Shown: positions 54,700 to 63,739 of the stretch, in pieces | Numbering within the stretch: position 1 is the stretch's first letter | How the letters are laid out: each line of letters begins with the position of its first letter | Assembly: GCF_001194135.2 (NCBI RefSeq) | Contig: NC_068981.1 | Span: 37,906,616 to 37,970,354 of the forward strand | Source: Octopus bimaculoides | Taxonomy: Eukaryota | Reading direction: 5' to 3' | DNA: 63,739 nt | Notes under the pieces: generated by a model | The model's database searches: none | The model's input: only the letters and a program-made list of their open reading frames with translations | Told to the model about the DNA's origin: nothing | Translations under genes and position numbers: made by a program

Positions 54700-55375
54700 A
54701 GAAATAATGCACAAATGTGGAATGATGCTGAAGAGTGTGAATAGGATAATATCCTTATATTGCAGAGAAATTTTTGTCAGTGGCCAGCCATGAGACTCAA
54801 ACTCACATCTCTGTGATTACCAGTCAGGTGCTTTACCATTAAGCTAAACTGCCTACTGACAAATTAGCTTAATGATAAAGCACTTGACTGGTAAGCGCAT
54901 AGATGTAAGTTCAGGTCTCATGGCTGGCTGCTGACAAATTTTTTCTGCAATATAAGGAGATGCTATTCAGCATTATTTTGTGTTTGAGAATAAATTATCT
55001 CCATATCTGTATATTTCAATACATCTTAACAATTATAACACAAACAAAAAACACAAACTTTGTTTACATATATTGTAATTTGAATTTCACATACAGTGTC
55101 TATAAAAGGCTAAGTTTATAAGTTCAAAAATTGCAGAAAAAATTGTCAGTGGGCAGTTTAGCTTAATGGTAAAGCACTTGACCAGTAATCACAGAGATGT
55201 TAGTTTCAGTCTCATGGCTGGCTGCTGACAAATTTATCTGCAATATAAGGATATTATCCTAGTCATGCTGTTCAGCATTATTCTACGTTTGAGAATAACT
55301 TATCTCCATATCTGGATATTTCAATATATCTCAACACTTCTAAAAAAAACGCAAACTTTGTTTATGTATTTATGT
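54700..55375. repeat. One inverted plus two tandem copies of a ~300-bp unit containing a tRNA-like element
   Basis: Inverted arms 54751-54847 and 54864-54958; tandem period 294 bp (ttagcttaatg at 54864 and 55158). Confidence 0.9.
55152..55222 (+). pseudogene. tRNA-Thr-like cloverleaf (pseudo-tRNA, consensus anticodon GGT)
   Basis: GGCAGTT-TA-GCTT-AATGGTA-AAGC-A-CTTGA-CCAGTAA-TCA(C)AG-AGAT-GTTAG-TTTCAGT-CTCAT-GGCTGGC. The other two copies have anticodon loop CTGGTAA. Confidence 0.6.
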
Positions 55376-56431
55376 AAGTGGTTCTTACAATTGTGATTAT
55401 CGAACTGATTTACATGCATACACATACATTGACAACCCCCTACACACTCATACATATTTAAATTCAGCTGAAATCAAGAATTAAATGACAATTTTATTTG
55501 AAAATGCTCTAAATTAGAATTATGTAATTGATTACTTGGAAATAATTGTAAGTTAAAGTGTCATCCTGGTTTTCTGAGGGAGTAAGTGCATAAATTAAGT
55601 ACAACAGTACAAACTAAGAAAACCTATATGTGTACATATATGTCATACCTGTGTGTGTCCACACAATCATGCATGCATTTGTTCCTCTATATTCATGTAT
55701 TTCCATCTGTGAGATCGCAAAGCCGAGTGTGTTTTCAACTGTATTGATTCACTGCTACAATGGTTTCATTTTACCTATGCTACCAGCACTCTATAAAAAA
55801 GGATGAATGTCATAATACAGTCTTTCCTTTCCTTTACCAATAACTCAGTCTTCCACGTTTGTGTCAGAAAACAACGTTTACTTTTTCCATACTTATTTAC
55901 TTACACAGATAAAATAATAAAGTAAAACTATTCAAGTAATATTTTTATCAATAAAAACTTTAAGCGCATAGATAAAACTATATTCGTTATTATTGTTATA
56001 TTTAGATTTTTCAGATAATTAACCACAGAGAATGTGTTTTAGATGTTCCTCCGATCTTGCTGCACAGTACTTTGAGGTGACTGAATTTAGTAAATGTTAA
56101 GAAAAATATGCTGAAACCCACAGTCTATGTATATACACACATATGCACACATGTGCACATGTGCATATGCATAGACAATATTACATGACTGTGTTTATAT
56201 ATACAGTACTCTAAAACCATTGTTGTTTACATTTCTTTATGTCTCTGTATGTCCTATAGCTTAACAATTTAACAAATATGAGTCAATAAATTAAGTACCC
56301 ATTTATTCTAAATATGTTCTGGCAGATTTGAATGTGAATATGTGCTGATCACAATCTTATTTTGTCAGGAGAGAACATCTCCTTTCAGACGAATGAGTGT
56401 TCATAACACACTTGATTTATTGGCATTGGGG

Positions 56432-56482
56432 GACTTTGGGACAGCTAGTGTTTCAACATCATTGGGTCACCTCAACCAAAGC
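56432..56482 (-). ncRNA. Degenerate type I hammerhead ribozyme motif
   Basis: GCUUUGG UUGAGGU GACC CAAUGA UGUU GAAA CAC UAG CUG UC CCAAAGUC; stem I intact, core mutated. Confidence 0.55.
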
Positions 56483-56797
56483 TACCTTAGACTAATGAAC
56501 CTAACAAGAATTTCTTGTGGCACTTGTTTATCATTTCAGCAAACAAATCATTTGCTGATGCACAGAAGTTGTTCTCTGTTGATGGAATGCAACAGTTATT
56601 AACATATTCATGTTTGAATCTGCCAGAATATATTAAGAATGAATGTATAAATCATTGTTTTGATTTTCACTGATCACTATATACATGACAATTTATTATC
56701 ACTTGGCAGATATCAGATCACACGAGCAAATGATTTGTTTGCTGAAATTATAAACAAGATCGATAACAAACTCTGGATAGATTCATTAGTGCAGGGT

Positions 56798-56849
56798 GGC
56801 TTAGACTGAGGATACACAATGATGTCAAAACGCTGGGTGTCCCAAAGTC
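56798..56849 (+). ncRNA. Degenerate type I hammerhead ribozyme motif
   Basis: GGCUUAGA CUGAGGA UACA CAAUGA UGUC AAAA CGC UGG GUG UC CCAAAGUC; CUGAGGA, stem III and the GUC site intact, GAAA mutated to AAAA. Confidence 0.6.
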
Positions 56850-57514
56850 TCCTCGTGCTAAGGAATTGAGTGTGTTATAAACCCACATTTGTCAGAAAAA
56901 TGTTCTCCATTGATGAAATATGGCAGAGGTTATCATATTCACATTTGAATTTGCTTAAATGTATTAAGAAAGAATATGTAAGTCATCTTTTTATGCAAGG
57001 TGTTCACCATGCATATGACAAGGAAATGAATACTGATCTACTAAAATTTTTATAGGCAGTACCCATAATGATTGTAGAGCAATTGCTGAAACTGGTTAAA
57101 GAATAAAAGTGGTGTTTAGATAAAGAGTTGATTATTTAGAGGAGAACATTATATTTGAGGTAGTGTTTGAACTCATGTTATTTTATGCATATAGCTGACA
57201 TTTTCCACACTCAACCTTAAAAATGCATTTCTACAGATAGTAAAGAAAATACCTAATCTGGGGAGATTATTGATCTTCTGTATCTGCAAAATCAGTTGAT
57301 AAACTTGCAAAATCAAATAAGCATGTGGGCTAAGACAAGTAGGGAATTCTAATATCTCAAGCATAATCCTTTGAAATTCATTTCTTCCCCCACGGTACAC
57401 AGATTCTTTCAATTCTATATGCAGTAGAGGTTACCTCTTAAAAGAAATATGTTTATTCACAATTTTCCATAATTTCTTTTACAGTAAATATTAAAGAAGC
57501 GTGCAGGGGATATT

Positions 57515-57604
57515 TGTGTGTGTGTGTGTGTGTTTGTGTGTGTGTTTGTGTGTGTGTTTGTGTGTGTGTGTTTGTGTGTGNNNNNNNNNNTGTGTGTGTG
57601 TGTT

Positions 57605-57635
<31 letters not shown>

Positions 57636-57665
57636 GTATGTGTGTGTGTGTGTACGTACTTGTGT
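57515..57665. repeat. (TG)n with periodic TT interruptions; 10-N gap at 57581-57590
   Basis: Direct reading. Confidence 0.95.
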
Positions 57666-58930
57666 GTGAAGTGTGAATATAGAAGAGAGAAATACGAAGA
57701 TAAAAAGAAAGAAAGCAGAGAGATAATATGAAAGATGTTTGAAACATTATTGTAATTACAATCTGAATGTAGATTGAGAAACCTACCATCAAATTAATCC
57801 TGTAGGTAACAGATCAAAATGGTTGCCATGTTGAGAATATTAAAAGAATCAGAGTTGTGCAATCAACTGGATCATAAATCAGCACTAATGTTTGCCAAAG
57901 TGATTTCAGTTCTTCACATCGGTGGTTACTTCAATTTTTCTTCAATTATTACTCACATCCAACACTGCTATCCTCCTCATCACCAACAATATGTTGAAAT
58001 TTGTGTTACTCAACGTACTTTCCTCCCAGAAGACCATATTTTCAATATGTGTTGCTTCTGCTGAAGCTGATCCATATGAGATGAGTCTTCATGGTTAGAT
58101 AGCCATAACTGTGTTAATCTTCCCATTATTGAAATCAGTTCCTGCTCATAAGCAATGACACAATCTTATCATCATCCTACTTTTTTCTGTTTACGAATGT
58201 AACACAGCTATTCATTATTAATGCAGTCGTGTATTTCCATTTCATTTAATTTTATCAGTTTTCTCATTTCACTCTTTTGTTTGATAAATCACATTTCTAG
58301 TTTTCTATTTTAATTCTTTTCTCTTCCAGCCCTTAAGCTCTACAATCCATTCTATTGCTACACTTATCATACAATTCTTTTTCCATTCTCTTTCTAATAT
58401 TCTTATCCACTCTCAAGACTTTCTTCCAAAAGAACGATGTTAAATCTCTTTGGCTATTTGACTCCCTTTTATTTCTTTACCATTTTAACTTAATAATTAC
58501 TTTATGGCTGTTTCCTCTCTTTTTCTTTATTCCCTTTTATTTTTATCTTCTCAATTCAGTAATTTCAGGTGCCTCTATTACATTTTTCATTTTTTTGACT
58601 CGATTTTCCTTACTTTCAAATTTCCTTGTTTAGTTTGTGTTTCTTCCATTAAAAGTTAATTCCTGTTCCTATTTAGTATGGCTTCTTTTATGTTATGTGT
58701 TTTTTTTTAAAATTTAATCTAATCAGTTAACCGTTCTTTTGCTAAACCACACTCTGTTTATCTTCAGCATTGTTACAAAGTTGTCGATCAGGTTTACAAA
58801 ACCTTTTGCAATTTTCCCAGTCATGATGCGAATGACAATAATCCTGACTAAACTTCAAAAGAGCAAGTATTTATGTTACTGTTTTAAGTTTCAGTTGGAT
58901 GAATAAATGCCACGAAAAACAAATTAATAA

Positions 58931-59255
58931 TAGGTGCAGGTCTAGTTGTGTGGTAAGAAGCTTCCTTCCCGACCACATGGTTCCAGGTTCAGTTCCCACA
59001 ACATGGCACCTTGGCCAAGTGTCTTCTACTACAACCTCGGGCAAACCAAAGCCTTGTAAGTGGATTTGGTAGATGGAAACTGAAAGAAGCCTGTCGTACA
59101 ATATAAGGAGTTTAGTTCTCTGGTGATCTAAATGAATAGGTACACTGAGTAAGAGCTATAATTGGTCGATTTGTCCAACAAAAACCCTTCAAAGTGGTGC
59201 TCCAGCATGGTCCCACTCAAATGACTAAAACAAATGAAAGAATAAAAAAATAAAG
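58931..59255 (+). mobile_element. tRNA-derived SINE family B, full copy
   Basis: A-box tagttgtgtggtaag, B-box ggttcagttccc, body gtgtcttctactacaacctcgggcaaaccaaagcc, tail cccttcaaagtggtgctccagcatgg...aaagaataaa. Confidence 0.9.
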
Positions 59256-59326
59256 GAATATACATATTTAAATGCTATTATTTATAGCTTTATCTGCTTC
59301 AAGAGCTACCGTTCCAGAAAAAATTA

Positions 59327-59790
59327 TCATCATCATCATCATCATTCAATATCAGCTTCTAATTTCTGGCATGGGTTGGACAGTTTGACATGGAGATGCC
59401 TAGCAGGAAGCAGTCCAGACTCCAGCTGTCAGATGGGGCATGGTTTCTATGGCTGGATGTCCTTCCTAGCACTAGCCATTTAACAGAATGTGCTGGGTGC
59501 CTTTTACGTGCCACCAGCACAGGTGCTTTCTAAATGACAATGGCACCTGAAAGNNNNNNNNNNGACAATGGCACCTGAAAGAACAAGCCTGCATGTGTGG
59601 AAGATAGTGGCTTTACTTAGTTTCGCATGTTTTATCATGTACAGCAAATCATCATATCACCTGGGTCCTTGTCATTTCCTCAGTGAGGCTCAGAGTCCAA
59701 AGATCCATTCTCATTAGTTTGTCCCACATCTTCCTGGGTCAACTCCTTCCACAAATAGCCTCCACAATTAGAGTTTGGTACTTCTTTATG
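59327..59790 (-). mobile_element. RTE LINE 3' end including ORF2 C-terminus and 3' UTR
   Basis: Minus frame DSCIKKYQTLIVEAICGRS*PRKMWDKLMRMDLWTLSLTEEMT, followed by the same UTR and (GAT)n tail as the other family members. Confidence 0.8.
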
Positions 59791-59825
59791 CAGCTGTCCT
59801 CATATACATTTATATATATATATGT

Positions 59826-59869
<44 letters not shown>

Positions 59870-59870
59870 A

Positions 59871-60250
59871 TCATCATCATCCTCCTCATCATCATTGTCG
59901 TTTAACGTCTACTTTCCATGCTGACATGGGTTGGACGGTTTGACTGAGGGCTGGTGAGCCAGAAGGCTGCACCAGGCTCCAATCTGTTCTGGCAAAGTTT
60001 CTACAAGTGGATGTCCTTCCTAATGCCAACCACTCCGAGAGTGTAGTGGGTGCTTTTTACGTGCCACTGGCATGAGGGCCAGTCAGGCGGTACTGGCATC
60101 GACCACACTCAAATGGTGCTTTTTACATGCCACTGGCACAAGAGCCAGTCAGGTGGCACTGGCAATGACCAAACTCAAATGGTGCTTTTTATGTGCCACG
60201 GACATGGGAGCCAGTCAGGCTCTTGTGTCGATGGCACATAAAAGAGCGCC
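59871..60250 (-). mobile_element. RTE 3' UTR with about three 65-bp tandem units
   Basis: ggtgctttttac.tgccactggca recurs about every 65 bp from 60049. Confidence 0.85.
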
Positions 60251-61704
60251 ATACATATATATGAAGATATATATATATATTACTATGTAATATAGAAAAA
60301 GCAACCAACAGGCACAAATCTGACTGCAAGTACCATGTTTTCATTAATTGTTTTGTGTGTTTGTATAGTCACAAACAAACATGGCCACCTTTTGGCCCTC
60401 ACCTCTTTTGATGTAACAGAATATCAAGGATGTGATTGTGAAGAGAAAGAGGGTTGTACCAAAATGAAGCTGTTGCTTATTTTTAGCAGAATAGACTGGA
60501 GCAATGAGGAATAAAGTGCTTTGCTTAGGGACATGATTCCTGGTCTAGGAATTGAATAGACCCACTTAAACATTACATAAATTGTCATTGTAATTTATAC
60601 TGATTTCTTAATTAGGTTTACAACAATGAGGTTTTAGTAGTAGGAAATCTTTAAAAGATGCTTAGAAGAGTAAGAGATAAAAAGTGAGAATCAGATCTGC
60701 CTTTTGGACTCAAGCCTCAACAATTTTTGAAATTCTTTTACAATGTTTATTGTATTGATGAGGATAGTTATGTATTAAGATGGTTATGGTTATGAAATTG
60801 TAAGGATTAGAGAGATAGATATGAACATTTTTAAAAATAATACTGGATATATTTTATCAATGTTCTTTTTTTTTTCTGACTTTCTAACTTTATTTCATGA
60901 GTCATCATGACCTGCCATTGTTTCATAAACCTGATTTCATATTTATATGTTTCACTCCAAAACATTAAATAATGAAAGAATATAAACAAAATTTCAAAGC
61001 TGAAAGCAGTAATTTCACATGTATATCAATAAAATTGCTTTGCACCATGTATGCTACAAGTTTCCTCAACATCACAATTTATTATATAACCGAATTTGTC
61101 ATTAAATATTCATGTTAATGAGCTTCCCCATCTTTCCAACAACAACATCCATATTTCTAATGTAAGCATCTATGTGGCATCTTTATCAATTAATAGTTAA
61201 TGGCCTTCACTAGTTAGCTCACCTAGCTCACTACCATCACATGTATTTGGAGAGCTTTTAAATTAACATTTAATATTCTGAAGCATCACTGCTTATTCCC
61301 TGCAGGATTGCCCAAGTAATTTCTTTCTCTCCACTAAAAAAAAAAAAAAAAAGAAAATGAAAAAGAGAAATTACTTAACCCCACAGGGAATAAGCATTAT
61401 TCCCTTTTGTATGAAAAAATTCAGGTGATTGAAATTATAATAAAAACAATACCTGTAAGCCATAACAAAAGTAAATCACTTTTTTTTAGAAAAGTCTGTG
61501 AAGCAGATAGAATAATAAAACTAGGGCTACATATTGTCTCAATTAGATAGAAATTTTACAAAAACAAACAATGTGAATAATGAGGTTGATGGTGATAGTG
61601 ACAAAGACAACAACCATGAGGATAATGATGGTGAGGAGGAAGAATCTCTTGGCTGCATAAATGATAATAACACTAAAGGATTCTAGTGTGTATGTGATTG
61701 GTAT

Positions 61705-62072
61705 ATCATCATCATCATCCTCATCATCATCATCCTCATCATCATCATCATCATTATCATTATCATCCTTTAACGTCCTCTTTCCATTCTGGCATGGGTT
61801 GGACGGTTGGACTGAGGACTGGCAAGTCAGGAGGCTGCATCAGGCTCCAATCTGATCTGGCAAGGTTTCTACAGTTGGATGCCCTTCCTAATGCCAACCA
61901 TTCTGAGAGTGAAATGGGTGCTTTTTACGTGCCAATGGCATGGGGGTCAGTCAGGCAGCACTGGTATTGACCATGCTCGAATGGTGCTTTTTACATGTCA
62001 CTGGCATGGGGCCAGTCAGGCGGCACTAGCATCGGCTGCACTCATATGGTGCTTTTTACATGCCACCAGTAC
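61705..62072 (-). mobile_element. RTE 3' UTR with about 2.5 tandem units
   Basis: Same terminus and unit as 59871-60250. Confidence 0.85.
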
Positions 62073-62825
62073 AGGATGCAACATTCCATATACAGAGCAG
62101 TAGCTGAAGTGCCAATTTATAGCCCAATAAATTCATCTTTGCGATATGTAATGTTATGTCTTTCAACAAGTTTCGTTACTCTGCTTGTTCTCAACTCATA
62201 TAGACATTGTTAATGAGAGAGGTTCAGAAATGTATAAAAACAAGAAAAAGAAACAGAAACAAGGAATTTAAAATTGTTTAGAATCATTCAAACCTGAGGA
62301 AAAAAACTAGACCAATAGGAATGTTTACAAATTAAATTAGTTTTCTAAACTCTCATTCATCTTCATACAAAACAAACTCAGAATTTCATAATTCATGGAA
62401 TGAGTTATAATATAACTGGTGGGGTTGGTCTTAGGAAAGATATCTGACAGTGCCAAATTTGAAAGCTGAATTTCCAAAACAATCCAAATTTTATTTATTC
62501 ATTCCTTATGTGAGTGTTTTTCCTTGATAGCAGGGTCAGACGAATATATAACTGATGTATTGTTTTGCAGCTTGATGAAAATTATGAGACTAACCCACAA
62601 ATGATTTACAAGTGAAATATCTTTTATTCCACATGACTTCAAAGACATGATGTGAGTGGACAAGTTACTGACAGATGTTCCAACAGCAACACTGCTTAAG
62701 ACTTTATAATTTTTGAATAAACTAATAAGCTAGCTTGGATGTAAACAGACATACCAATATACACACATGTGCACACAAACATATATATGAATACGTACAC
62801 ACACACACACAAACACACAAACAAT

Positions 62826-62935
62826 GAGCTCCTTTATAATTTCATCTACTGAATTTACTCACAAGGCTTTGGTCAACTGGAAGCCATAACAGAAGATACT
62901 TCTCTAAATTGTTGCACTATAAGACTGAAGCCAAT
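62826..62935 (-). mobile_element. SINE family B fragment
   Basis: ttcatctactgaatttactcacaaggctttggtcaac...agaagatactt. Confidence 0.65.
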
Positions 62936-63739
62936 GCCAAAAATCACCAGTGCCTGTATGAAACTATAATATATTAAAAGATATGATACTGGAAAACAGA
63001 AATTCCAGATCGAAAGTATTCAATTCTCTTCCACTACTAGCAGTACTGGCATGTCCTTGAAATTTTGCCTATTACACTAATACACTATTTTATTCACACT
63101 TAGATTTATTTATCAGCATTGTTACTCTTTTGTACCTCACTATTCACATTGTGTGTCTTTCCCTTAAGGTCAGGCCACATTAACAGTGTTTTTTCTATGA
63201 AGTCTATGCCATGTCAAAGTACTTTCTGCTGCCCTATTATCAGACTTCAAACACTGAATTGATTCAACAATACTTTACTTTACACTCGATATTAACTACA
63301 TTAATTTAACTTATTCTCCTACACACATCACAGTCCAAGAAACCCCACTATCATCACAAAGTCAATGGGAAATATTTTGCTCATGAAATGCAATATGGAA
63401 AAAAAAAGCCAAAAAGAATACAGAAAGCAATTGTCTCTTCTCTATTTGAGAAAGTGATTAATCAGTCTGTAATTATCTTTGGTCAATATATTTTTGTCAG
63501 TAACAGTTCCAATCTCATGTCCATAGCAAACTTTCAACAACCAGCTCAACTGATAAATATAAACTTCAATGTCATTACAAGCAGTACTTAAATTCAAGTA
63601 GTCAGTGAGACAGCTTTCAAAGCAGGAAAGACAAATAGCTGTTGTTATCCTTTAGTTGTAAACTTGCCAAAATTAAACTAGTCGAAGATAAGATGTCAAG
63701 ATTATTTGTAAGCATGAGAGGAAGTTGGATAAGCAATCA

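Larger units (their letters stand above)
56300..56990. repeat. One inverted plus tandem copies of a ~330-bp hammerhead-containing unit
   Basis: 56310-56560 is a diverged reverse complement of 56724-56970; catattca recurs at 56603 and 56934 (period 331). Confidence 0.8.

Noticed and set aside
56312-56633. MITE with 32-bp TIRs (27/32 match)
   Set aside because: The right-hand arm recurs at 56934 as part of a 331-bp tandem unit, so the inverted match is better explained by the inverted-plus-tandem structure.
63388-63739. Possible CR1/L2 RT remnant (SSLFEKVINQ)
   Set aside because: A single short motif; downstream RT motifs are not convincingly recoverable. The same applies to weak hints at about 51.1-51.4 and 53.8-54.1 kb.

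Overview
AT-rich, repeat-dense eukaryotic scaffold with five N gaps. The SINE/LINE repertoire and dense di- and trinucleotide microsatellites look like an Octopus-type cephalopod genome (inferred from recognised repeat families, not from a search). I cannot support any intact host protein-coding gene. Most ORF-track entries are microsatellite or N-gap artefacts; the credible ones are transposase and retrotransposon relics. Recognised content: several tRNA-derived SINE families; RTE LINE 3' fragments; two R4/Dong 3' ends in (TAA)n tracts; CR1/L2- and Penelope-like fragments; a decayed near-full-length Ty3/Gypsy gag-pol on the minus strand (24.4-27.5 kb); a Tc1 pseudogene; and an internally deleted maT (DD37D) element. 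The most unusual region is 54.7-57.0 kb. It holds two unrelated ~300-330 bp units, each arranged as one inverted copy followed by tandem copies. In one, two copies together reconstruct a canonical type I hammerhead ribozyme. The other carries a tRNA-Thr(GGU)-like cloverleaf inside extended inverted repeats. Both look like Penelope-associated or retrozyme-like small RNA elements. All alignments and translations were done by eye.
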